The position numbers and the translations under genes are program-made. Under the pieces are notes generated by a model. It had not been told where the DNA came from. It saw nothing but the letters and a program-made list of their open reading frames with translations, and ran no database searches. A stretch of DNA of 26,109 bases. Origin: a virus. Lineage: Duplodnaviria > Caudoviricetes. This document shows positions 17,376 through 25,197 of the stretch, piece by piece. Numbering within the stretch: the first letter of the stretch is position 1; every line of letters begins with the position of its first letter. The stretch covers positions 1-26,109 of the IMG/VR virus record IMGVR_UViG_3300037423_002135, one strand, 5' to 3'.

Positions 17376-19016
17376 TCAAACGATGTAGGAGGACAGGGCG
17401 TTGACGGGTTCCGGCTCGTCATCGAAGTCCCAGGAGGGGCCGCCGTTATGGCCCTTCATGGACGGGACGTCCTCGCTCGGTTTCCACGGATTTAGGTACA
17501 TTAACATCGAAATCGTGTCGATACAGTCGTCCTTGCCCTTCAGCCCGCTGAGGGTGGCCAGCCGGATCTGCCCGTAATAATGGGCCATGATTTTCGAGGT
17601 TTTCATCTCGGTCGGGAAATACATTTTCCCGGCCTTGAACAGCGGCACCACCTGGTTGAACCGGGTCAGCTTGTTCATCACCGGCCGGATCCCCGGCTTG
17701 CCGGACTTCTCCGAGGAGGCGAAGTTGAACCAGATGTTGCGGCCGATCATCTCGTTCTGCAGCCACTGGATGAATCCGCCCTGCTGGCCGGTGACCTCGA
17801 TGCCCACCGACTGCGGCCGGTACAGCGAGACCAGGCGGAACAGGTCGTCCACCGTCTTGCCCATGTCCTGCCGCTCGCAGACGCCGTCGACCCAGAACCA
17901 GTCGCCGTTGGCGTTGTAGGCCCACACCGCGATCACCGAGAAGTCGGCCGACTGCTTCTCCGAGGTGGCAAAGTCGGTGGTGATGTAGAAGTTGAACGCG
18001 GATTTGCGGTCCAGCAGGCTGGTCCGCGAGTACTCGCGGATCTCCGCGTCCTGCACCAGCCGCTCTTCCTCGGAGGTGATGCGCAGCATCATCTCCTGCA
18101 TGAACGCCGCCACCTTCCCGGTCAGCACGGCGTCCTGGTACTGCTTCATCACGAAGTCGAAGGTGAAGCGGTCGGGCCAGGCCCCGACGAACTCCTCCCG
18201 GGTGCAGGGGAACTTCTCGCACACTGGCCAGACGTTGACGTCCCAGGCCCCGGATTCCACCGCCTCGATCAGGATGTCGTCCTTGTTGAACGGCGTGCCG
18301 TTGAACACGATCTTGCGGCGGGTCGGATCCAGCGCGTAGTCGATGCCCTTGTACACGGTGTCCTTGATCGCCTGCATTGACGCCTTCGACTTGGAGTCGT
18401 CGTCGGAGATGAGGTCGTCGAGGATGGCCAGCACCGGCCGCTTGCCGAAGATCTTGGTGCCGCGGATGCCGGTCTTGGCCCCGAACATCTTGCAGCCCAG
18501 CCGGTGGCCGTCCTTGTTGGCGAACTCCATGTAGGGGTCGGTGAACACCGCCTCCGGCAGCCATTCCTTCAGGAAGTCGCTGTTGTGATAGCGGTACTCG
18601 ACGTTCTTGCGCGCCGACTTGACGCCGTTGTCCATCGAGTCGGAGACGTAGATCATGCCGCTGATCGCGCCGAATTCCGGCAGGTAGCCGAACACGGCGA
18701 CGAACAGCACCAGGTATTCGAAGAACAGGGTGGTCTTCGCCGCGCCGCGGAAGCACAGGTTGACCACCCGGTCCTTGTCGGAGACCAGCTTGTCCAGCAT
18801 CTTCAGATGCACCGGCGGGGTCTTGTGGCTCTCCCCCTGCGTGCCGTTGACCAGCTTGATGAAGTTCATGAACACCAGGGCGAACTCCGACGGCACGTAG
18901 CTGTCGTCGTTCAGCCCGGCGTAGTCGACGTCGTCCAGCCACTCGTCGAGCGACTTCTTGATCACCGCCGGATTGCCGTGGCCCAGGGAACGGGCCAGCG
19001 CCGCGAGCTCCCCCAC
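17376..19016 (-). CDS. terL: Terminase large subunit (N4 gp68-like)
   Basis: CFRGAAKTT Walker A; LAILDDL Walker B; FNGTPF coupling motif; YITTDFA and KDDCIDTISML RNase H-like nuclease acidic motifs. Confidence 0.95.
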   Translation of the reverse strand: MGELAALARSLGHGNPAVIKKSLDEWLDDVDYAGLNDDSYVPSEFALVFMNFIKLVNGTQGESHKTPPVHLKMLDKLVSDKDRVVNLCFRGAAKTTLFFEYLVLFVAVFGYLPEFGAISGMIYVSDSMDNGVKSARKNVEYRYHNSDFLKEWLPEAVFTDPYMEFANKDGHRLGCKMFGAKTGIRGTKIFGKRPVLAILDDLISDDDSKSKASMQAIKDTVYKGIDYALDPTRRKIVFNGTPFNKDDILIEAVESGAWDVNVWPVCEKFPCTREEFVGAWPDRFTFDFVMKQYQDAVLTGKVAAFMQEMMLRITSEEERLVQDAEIREYSRTSLLDRKSAFNFYITTDFATSEKQSADFSVIAVWAYNANGDWFWVDGVCERQDMGKTVDDLFRLVSLYRPQSVGIEVTGQQGGFIQWLQNEMIGRNIWFNFASSEKSGKPGIRPVMNKLTRFNQVVPLFKAGKMYFPTEMKTSKIMAHYYGQIRLATLSGLKGKDDCIDTISMLMYLNPWKPSEDVPSMKGHNGGPSWDFDDEPEPVNALSSYIV

Positions 19017-19020
19017 CGGC

Positions 19021-19743
19021 TCAACCCTCGATCACGGTGATCTTGGAGGCGGCCACGTCGATGGTCTTCATCTGGCCGTCCTGAATCAGCTGCCGCTGCT
19101 GGCTGGCCAGCTGAGCCAGGAGCGCCTGCATCTCCCGCATCCCGGAGTTCTCGGCGGCGGTCAGGTCGATCTGCAGCTTGGCCGTCTCGGGACGGCGCAG
19201 CTGGGTGAGGATGGAGTTGGCCGCGTCGGTGCGGACCTTCTCGCTGTTGGCGTTCAGCATCAGATCGGCCTGCACGTTCAGGGCCTTCTGGTAGAGGTCC
19301 TGGTTCAGCACCCAGGTCGGCACCAGCGCCTGCTCCATGATCAGGTTGACCAGCTTGCCGCGGTGATAGGCGCTGACGTAGGACGAGATGTCCTTCTTCG
19401 AGGTGTTGTTGGCGACCAGGATGCCGTAGCGCTGCGGGAAGGTCCGGGCGTAGGCCTCCTCGTTGGTGTAGCCCATCAGCTTGTAGCTGACGTAGGCCAC
19501 GGCGTTGAGGTAGTCCTCGGTCTTGAACTTGCCCTCCCGCAGCACCACCGTGTAGCCGACGAAGTTGTTGCGGATGTTCTCGGCGACCTCCGGGTCGGCG
19601 CTGATGTGGTTCAGCATGTACACCAGCTGCGGCGTCACCGCGCTGCGCAGGTGCGACGGCAGCGCCCGCTTGACGTCGTCCTCGGTGAGCGCGGCCAGGC
19701 CGTTCGGCAGGGTCGTGGGCGGGGACGCGGGAGCGGGGTTCAT
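19021..19743 (-). CDS. N4 gp69-like protein (putative terminase small subunit)
   Basis: 240 aa; GKFKTEDYLNAVAYVSYKLMG and SEKVRTDAANSILTQL motifs; directly upstream of terL. Confidence 0.75.
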   Translation of the reverse strand: MNPAPASPPTTLPNGLAALTEDDVKRALPSHLRSAVTPQLVYMLNHISADPEVAENIRNNFVGYTVVLREGKFKTEDYLNAVAYVSYKLMGYTNEEAYARTFPQRYGILVANNTSKKDISSYVSAYHRGKLVNLIMEQALVPTWVLNQDLYQKALNVQADLMLNANSEKVRTDAANSILTQLRRPETAKLQIDLTAAENSGMREMQALLAQLASQQRQLIQDGQMKTIDVAASKITVIEG

Positions 19744-19854
19744 TTTTATATCCTTGATTTGGAACTAACCGACGTAATAATACCCATTACCGATTATTTT
19801 GGTAATCGGGAACCTCCTTCGATGTTTCTGGGTTTTCATCGGCGGGAGCGCTTG

Positions 19855-19911
19855 GGGACCGGAGGTCGAGCCGCTTCGCCCCCTTCGGCGGCTCCTTCCG
19901 GTCCCTCTTTT
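19855..19911. terminator. Long GC-rich inverted repeat, possible terminator
   Basis: GGGACCGGAGG-tc-GAGCCGC...GCGGCTC-CTTCCGGTCCC, followed by TCTTTT on the plus strand. Confidence 0.55.
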
Positions 19912-19921
19912 GGCTGGCCGC

Positions 19922-20305
19922 TCAGGGCTTGAGCTTCAGCCGGTTGCCGGGCTCGACCTTCCGAAAATAGTCCTGCAGGTCGTCGGACGACCGGAAGTGC
20001 AGGTTGGCGGAACCAGGCACGAAGTCCCAGCTGCCGTCAGGCGCTTGCGCCCACCGGCCGCCGAAGAAGCCGTCCTGCCCGTGGTACTGGCTCTGGTCCG
20101 AGAAGGTCGGGTGGTTGGGTTTCTTGAAGGTGTCGGGATAGTGCCCGTTGCCCGCCTGGCCCGCTCCGGCCTTCCAGGCTCCCCGCATGTCGTAGTCGTA
20201 GGAGTCGTTCAGGCGGTTGTTGGCCTTGGCCCACTGCAGGAAGGTCTGCTCGTCGTAGGGATCCAACGGGGTGTTGTAGTGGTCGGTGAAGTCCAGCGGA
20301 TCCAT
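19922..20305 (-). CDS. Hypothetical protein with YDYDMRGAWK / GHYPDTFKKPNHPTFS motif
   Basis: 127 aa; AAGGT RBS; normal codon bias; rich in aromatic, His and Asp residues. Function not recognised. Confidence 0.75.
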   Translation of the reverse strand: MDPLDFTDHYNTPLDPYDEQTFLQWAKANNRLNDSYDYDMRGAWKAGAGQAGNGHYPDTFKKPNHPTFSDQSQYHGQDGFFGGRWAQAPDGSWDFVPGSANLHFRSSDDLQDYFRKVEPGNRLKLKP

Positions 20306-20443
20306 CGGATTTACCTTAAAAATATATTTTTATTTTCTTTCCCCCGCTCGCCGTCGGCGGGCTTCCGGCTCGCCCGGTCTCGCTGCGCTCGACCGGAGCC
20401 TCGCCCGCCGCGGCTCGCTGGCGACCTGCCGCGCGAACCAGGC

Positions 20444-21742
20444 TCAGCGCTTGCCGATGTAGAGCGTGGCCATGAGATGGCCCAGGGCGTCGGAGGCGGC
20501 CACGTTGACGCTCTCCGTGCCCGCCGCGAGCGAGACCGGCGCGGCGTCAAACACCGAGGAGACGGCGACGGCCGACGCCGGGGTGACGACGTAGTGGCCG
20601 GTGTTGGCGTGCGACATGCTGACGTAGCCGTTGGCCCCGCCGGGCGAGAACGTGGCGCTGATGCTCTGCACGGTCCCGGCGGGATCCGCTGCGGTGAACC
20701 CCACCGTCTCCTTGGAGAGGATGTCGTAGGTGTTCGCCGCGGCCATCCAGCCGGAAGCGTGGAACGCCAGCAGCGGCTCGGTCAGGCCGTTGGCCGGGGC
20801 GAATGCCTGGACGCCGACGGCGGACGGCTGGGTCTGCTGCCGCAGGTCGAAGACGCATTCCGGCATCTTCAGCGCGAGATAGAAGTACTTCGCGGCGGTG
20901 ACGTCCGCGCCTCCGGCGGCCTCGGTCAGGGTGAAGCCCGACACGCCGAAGCCGATGCCGATGCGGGCGGTGACCGCGCCGCCGGAGCCGCCGGTGACGT
21001 GCGCGCCGATGTTGGCGTTGTCGAAGTAGGACGGCTGCGGGTTGCCGCCCAGTCCGGCGTTGCGGCTGCCCGACCAGGCCACGCACAGCGGTCCGACCGC
21101 CGAGCCGTCGACCGCCATGCCGAGGAAGCCGCGGTTGCCCTGGTCGCCCATGGTCGGCGTGTCGAGGCTCTGGTCGGCGGTGGTGCCGCACAGTACGGCG
21201 AGCACCGCGTCGGGCCGGAAGCCGCAGTTGGTGGACACGCCAGAACTGCTGACTCCGGTGACGAAGCCCACCTTGGCCTGGGCGGTGGGGCTGGTCAGCA
21301 GGATCACGTACCCGGCGTAGCCGACGGCGCTGACCGCGGTGAAGTTCAGCCGCACGCCGCCGGGGATGACCGCCGCCAACGTCGCCGAATACTTCACCGT
21401 GCCGTCGTGGTGGGCGCAGTGCAGCACCTTGCTGGTGGAGCGGTAGCCGGTCGGGTTCTTGCCGGTGCCGCCCGCCGTACCCTGGCCGAACGCCGAGTAG
21501 CTGGCGGTCCACTGGCTGCTCCCGTCGGTGGCCCCGAACACCTGGTCGACGTTAGCGGCGTCCACCGACCGCGTTCCGGGAGCCACCCCGGTGGCCACGA
21601 ACAGCGCCGCCACCGGGGTCTGGCTGTTGAGCGCCGCGCTGGTGAGATCCAGCGTCCCGGGCGCGGTCGGGGTGGTGAAGGGGACGATGATGCTGGCGAT
21701 CGTCGGTCGCCGGTACGGACAGGCCAGCAGGTGCGGACGCAT
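20444..21742 (-). CDS. Hypothetical Ala/Gly/Thr-rich beta protein, probably an accessory virion protein
   Basis: 432 aa; GGGGAG upstream; composition and CGFRPDAVL-type motif resemble phage fibre/appendage proteins. Confidence 0.65.
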   Translation of the reverse strand: MRPHLLACPYRRPTIASIIVPFTTPTAPGTLDLTSAALNSQTPVAALFVATGVAPGTRSVDAANVDQVFGATDGSSQWTASYSAFGQGTAGGTGKNPTGYRSTSKVLHCAHHDGTVKYSATLAAVIPGGVRLNFTAVSAVGYAGYVILLTSPTAQAKVGFVTGVSSSGVSTNCGFRPDAVLAVLCGTTADQSLDTPTMGDQGNRGFLGMAVDGSAVGPLCVAWSGSRNAGLGGNPQPSYFDNANIGAHVTGGSGGAVTARIGIGFGVSGFTLTEAAGGADVTAAKYFYLALKMPECVFDLRQQTQPSAVGVQAFAPANGLTEPLLAFHASGWMAAANTYDILSKETVGFTAADPAGTVQSISATFSPGGANGYVSMSHANTGHYVVTPASAVAVSSVFDAAPVSLAAGTESVNVAASDALGHLMATLYIGKR

Positions 21743-21811
21743 GGACGGACTCCCCGTTATTACTCCAGATAATCCACACTATTAACAAGAATACCCGTCC
21801 GCACCCGGCCG

Positions 21812-23344
21812 TCAGATGTAGAGCAGGTTGACGATCACGTCGCCCGCGGCCACCGCCGTGGCGTCGAGGTCGGCTGCTGCGCCGGTTACGGCGTAGGCGA
21901 TGCCGGTGGTGAGGGACAGGCCCAACACACCGACGATCTCGGCCAGCGGCAAGGAACTATTCGGTGCGATCGGGACGGTGAACACCGGCGTGTCGGTGCC
22001 GACCGTGGGCGCGAGCGTCTTGTTGTAGAGTTTCAGGTACTTCCAGGCCGCCGTGGTGTTGGACACGACGCCGCCGTAGATCCGGCCGGACGCCCCCTTC
22101 ACCAAGGTGGCGTTGGTGCTCGCCGCTGAGATCAGCTTGTGTAGCGACAGTGAGTTGTTCGTGTTCTGCGCCACCGGCACGACGTTGAGGTTAGGGGCCG
22201 TGACCAGGTTGACGGCCACGGCCTTGTTGGCCGTGTTGTCGCCGCGGCCGGAGGCGATCTCCACCCGCTGCTCCTGACCGTTCACCACCAGCACCCGCAG
22301 GATGTTGACGGTGGTCGGCGTGGCGGCGGCCGAGACGTTCTTGAACCACATGGCCAGGCGGTAGGCCTTGGTGTCGTTGGGCACCTGCGAGGACACCCGC
22401 AGCGCCGCGGACGAGCGGGCGGTGTTGCTGTCGGGAGCCACCGTCTGGAACACGATGTCCTCGGCGTGGAATTCCAGCAGCACCTCGTTGTTGCTGGTCT
22501 TGGTCACCGCCATCGCCGAGGTGCTGGACACCGACGTCTGGGCGGCGCTGGCGTCGGACAGGCCTTCCAGCTGGGCGGTCTGGCCGCCGGTGTTCTCCCC
22601 GAGGTTGGCCCCGCCGCGGTTGCGGAAGTCGTTGGCCTTGTTCGGGTTCAACACCGGGAAGCCGGTGGCCGGATCGACCTCGACCAGGCCGAAGAAGATC
22701 TTGTTGGCGGCGATGCTCTGGCTGACGTTGACCACCACGGTCACGTCCTCCGCACCGGTCAGGATCCCCTTGGCCAGGTACAGCCGCTCGGCGTTGACGG
22801 TGGTCGGCATGACCACGCTGAGCGCCGAGGCGGCCACCGAATCGGTGATGCCGGTCACGCCCGAGCCGATCGCCGCCTGGGCCGCCCCGAACACCGTGTT
22901 GCCGCCGGAGCCGTTCAGCGCCGGGAAGCCGCCGTCGTAGACGTCCCAGCGGGTGGCGTCCAGGGCCGAACCGCCGAAGTCGTCGGAGAACAGCGCCGAC
23001 ATCGACGACACCACCGGGAAGCCGCCCCGCGCCGTGTCGGGCGAGCCGTAGACCGCCGACGGCCGGTATTTGCCGTTCTGGTCGACGCCGCCCATGGTCA
23101 GGTGGGTGCCGCCGGACGCCGCCTGGGTGGCGTCGTTCTTCTTGCTGCCCGTGATCGGCAGCGGATCGCTGGCGCTGACCGCCTTGGCCTTGCCGGTGAC
23201 GTTGTCGACGAAGCTGGCCACCACCGCCCGCAGCCAGCCGCCGGTGCGGCCGCCCACTCCGACCTGGATGTCGGAGGCCACGCCGACGTCGTCGGCCAGG
23301 GTGTCGGAATCCCCGATGAACGGGCTTTGCGGGTCGACGGACAT
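21812..23344 (-). CDS. Hypothetical virion-like protein with a lectin-like middle and a conserved-looking C-terminal domain
   Basis: 510 aa; AVSASDPLPI linker; FSDDFGGSALDATRW motif; C-terminal SAASTNATLVK...YLKLYNK..APTVGTDTP...GIAYAVTG module of a type seen in phage structural proteins. Confidence 0.7.
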   Translation of the reverse strand: MSVDPQSPFIGDSDTLADDVGVASDIQVGVGGRTGGWLRAVVASFVDNVTGKAKAVSASDPLPITGSKKNDATQAASGGTHLTMGGVDQNGKYRPSAVYGSPDTARGGFPVVSSMSALFSDDFGGSALDATRWDVYDGGFPALNGSGGNTVFGAAQAAIGSGVTGITDSVAASALSVVMPTTVNAERLYLAKGILTGAEDVTVVVNVSQSIAANKIFFGLVEVDPATGFPVLNPNKANDFRNRGGANLGENTGGQTAQLEGLSDASAAQTSVSSTSAMAVTKTSNNEVLLEFHAEDIVFQTVAPDSNTARSSAALRVSSQVPNDTKAYRLAMWFKNVSAAATPTTVNILRVLVVNGQEQRVEIASGRGDNTANKAVAVNLVTAPNLNVVPVAQNTNNSLSLHKLISAASTNATLVKGASGRIYGGVVSNTTAAWKYLKLYNKTLAPTVGTDTPVFTVPIAPNSSLPLAEIVGVLGLSLTTGIAYAVTGAAADLDATAVAAGDVIVNLLYI

Positions 23345-23432
23345 GCGGGGATCCCCTGTGGATATAATCTCCCGTCTATTTATTTCAAATACCAGGCGTA
23401 TGCGAGATTAAACTGGTTCGCCGAAATCCATG

Positions 23433-23466
23433 AAAAAGGCGCGCCTCATGTCCCCCCTTAGGCGCT
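23433..23466 (-). terminator. Putative terminator closing the small-gene cluster
   Basis: Minus strand GCGCCT-aaggggggacatg-AGGCGC-gcc-TTTTT. Confidence 0.45.
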
Positions 23467-23558
23467 CCGGCCGTCTCGCGTGCGGTCCCCGGTTCCAGTC
23501 GGGACGACAGGTGGTGCGTTGGAACCAGGGGGGAGAACGACGACGGCCGGGTCTCGGA

Positions 23559-23714
23559 TCACTTCTTCTTGTCGGCCTCGCCGGACAGGTAGGCCTCGAA
23601 CTCCCGGGCCGTCAGGACGATGAGCTTGGGTTCCGCTCCGTGCAGCGTGCGCAGGTGTTCCAGAGCCAGCTGCAGAGCGCGTTCCCTGATTATGAGTTTC
23701 CTATTATTGAACAT
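23559..23714 (-). CDS. 51-aa helical hypothetical protein
   Basis: MFNNRKLIIRERALQLALEHLRTLHGAEPKLIVLTAREFEAYLSGEADKKK. The ATG follows 2 nt after the upstream stop, with GGAG upstream. This is the credible part of track ORF 23559..24329. Confidence 0.65.
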   Translation of the reverse strand: MFNNRKLIIRERALQLALEHLRTLHGAEPKLIVLTAREFEAYLSGEADKKK

Positions 23715-23716
23715 AA

Positions 23717-24268
23717 TCAGCCGTGCTCCGGCAGCACGTACCAGTCCTCGGCCAGCACGTCGGTCTGCGAGGCGAGCCAGGGGACCACCGCGCTGCCCAC
23801 CGTCTTCATGGCGATGTAGGCCAGGTAGGGCACCAGGCCGTCGGGCTGTTCGGAAGCGATGATGCGTCCGGCTTCGGTCGACGGCGGGTAGCGTCCCGGG
23901 CCGACGTGATAGATGAACATCCCCTTGCCGTTCCAGCCCGAGCGGGCGATGCGGCGGCCGTTCTTCAGATGCGCCAGGGCGGTGCCGAAGCTCAGGCAGT
24001 CCAGAGGGACCGACGTGGTCTCCATACGGGTGTAGCCGTCCTCGAACGCCTGCTTCGGGGAGAAGCTCTGATAGCCGTCCTCGTAGACCACCAGATAATC
24101 CCCCGGCTCCGGGGTGTAGCGGGCGAACAGCTTCGGGTCGAACTCTTCGAAGGTGGTGATCTGACCGTCGGCCTGAACCAGAGACAGGGAGTGCCCGGAC
24201 ACCCAGGAGATCTCGGCGGCGGTGACCACCTTGTGCGAGCGATACTGGTTGAAGCGGGTGAGGTCCAT
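23717..24268 (-). CDS. tad2: Two-domain protein: uncharacterised N-terminal domain fused to a Tad2/DUF2829 (Thoeris anti-defence sponge-like) domain
   Basis: The C-half LSFGTALAHLKNGRRIARSGWNGKGMFI...YIAMKT..VVPWLASQTDVLAEDW is the DUF2829 signature. The N-half reads YRSHKVVTA...PGDYLVVYEDGYQSFSPKQAFEDGY. Confidence 0.85.
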   Translation of the reverse strand: MDLTRFNQYRSHKVVTAAEISWVSGHSLSLVQADGQITTFEEFDPKLFARYTPEPGDYLVVYEDGYQSFSPKQAFEDGYTRMETTSVPLDCLSFGTALAHLKNGRRIARSGWNGKGMFIYHVGPGRYPPSTEAGRIIASEQPDGLVPYLAYIAMKTVGSAVVPWLASQTDVLAEDWYVLPEHG

Positions 24269-24282
24269 CAGGGTTTTCCTTA

Positions 24283-24516
24283 TTAATCCTGTTCGTAGCG
24301 GGGCTGGCTGCCGACGCCGACCACGACACCGGCGGCGTCGAGCTCCAGCCAGGAGATGTCGGGACGGCTGGTGCCCGCCGCCCCGTGCAGTTTGACGAAG
24401 CCTGTCCCGACTCCGGCGAACACGTCCTTGCCGCGGCGGTAGACCTTGGCCTGGCGGTAGACGCCCTTACTCCGGAGCAGCACCACCCCGTCGTCGATCA
24501 CATGGAACAGGTCCAT
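24283..24516 (-). CDS. 77-aa hypothetical protein
   Basis: Tightly packed between neighbours; GGAGGA RBS; beta-rich and basic (GVYRQAKVYRRG). Confidence 0.7.
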   Translation of the reverse strand: MDLFHVIDDGVVLLRSKGVYRQAKVYRRGKDVFAGVGTGFVKLHGAAGTSRPDISWLELDAAGVVVGVGSQPRYEQD

Positions 24517-24520
24517 CGGC

Positions 24521-24889
24521 TCAGTCCTCCGCCCGCGCGCCGGAGAGACGATCGGCCAGGGCGTAGCCCATCAGCGGCCAGATCTGCTCGAAGGCGTTCT
24601 TGTAGGCGATCTCTTCGCCAATCTTCGGATCGAAGTTCTCGGCGCTGACGCAGGCGCTCTGGCCGGTGACGGTGAAGCCGTTCTTCAGAACCAGGACGCA
24701 GAAGGTCAGCCGGTTCAGGGAATCGGACGGCCCGGCCGGACGGACGCCGACAGCTTGCTCCGCGCCGTCCCCGGCGGTGAAGAACCAGGTGCCGATGATG
24801 TTGTCCTGCACGTCCTGCAGGGTGACCCGGGGAGCCTTGCTCTGCTCGGCCAGCCGGGTTTCGAGATTTTGCTCGTCCATTATGGACAT
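24521..24889 (-). CDS. acb4: N4 Gp49 / Sf6 gp66 family protein (Acb4-like anti-CBASS sponge candidate)
   Basis: APRVT...LTFCVLVLKNGFTVTGQSACVSAENFDPKIGEEIAYKNAFEQIWPLMGY is the Gp49/gp66 family signature. The link to Acb4 is from recollection and needs an HMM check. Confidence 0.75.
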   Translation of the reverse strand: MSIMDEQNLETRLAEQSKAPRVTLQDVQDNIIGTWFFTAGDGAEQAVGVRPAGPSDSLNRLTFCVLVLKNGFTVTGQSACVSAENFDPKIGEEIAYKNAFEQIWPLMGYALADRLSGARAED

Positions 24890-24929
24890 TCCTTTCGAAG
24901 TTAATGCGGTCTGGGTTTTGTAGTTTCTT

Positions 24930-25190
24930 TTACGACGCCGGTTCGTAGGTGGCGGCGAAGATGTCCGGATGGCAGGGATAGAGCTCTCCCTTGACCCCGC
25001 GGATGATCCAGCTACCCGGGTCCGCCCACATCACCCCTTCCAGAGTGTGGATCAGGAGCTTACCCGGCTCGAACGTCACCGTGCCCGCCTTGATCGCGTC
25101 CACGATCCATTGCGGATCTTCGGGCTGGTGTTCGTCACCAGTCCACTGGAAGGCCTCGATCACCACCGGCTTCTTGCGGAACTGCCCCAT
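24930..25190 (-). CDS. Widespread small phage protein of the 'RKKPVVIEA...TLEG...GxWIIRGVKGExYPC' type, function unknown
   Basis: 86 aa; GAGG RBS; the motif is recognisable as common in phages. Confidence 0.8.
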   Translation of the reverse strand: MGQFRKKPVVIEAFQWTGDEHQPEDPQWIVDAIKAGTVTFEPGKLLIHTLEGVMWADPGSWIIRGVKGELYPCHPDIFAATYEPAS

Positions 25191-25197
25191 CGGAACC

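Noticed and set aside
9243-18942. Long alternative-frame minus-strand ORFs (9243..11219, 14106..15575, 17446..18942)
   Set aside because: They are Arg/Pro-rich off-frame products expected from stop-codon scarcity at high GC and overlap clearly identifiable genes.
108-23461. Many long plus-strand ORFs (e.g. 108..1367, 2012..4066, 5734..7557, 9206..11473, 19799..21772)
   Set aside because: They are antisense shadows of GC3-biased minus-strand genes; the translations are Arg/Gly/Val-rich with no recognisable motifs.
23559-24329. 256-aa ORF overlapping the Tad2 fusion gene
   Set aside because: Only the last 51 codons look like real protein; the rest is an off-frame overlap.
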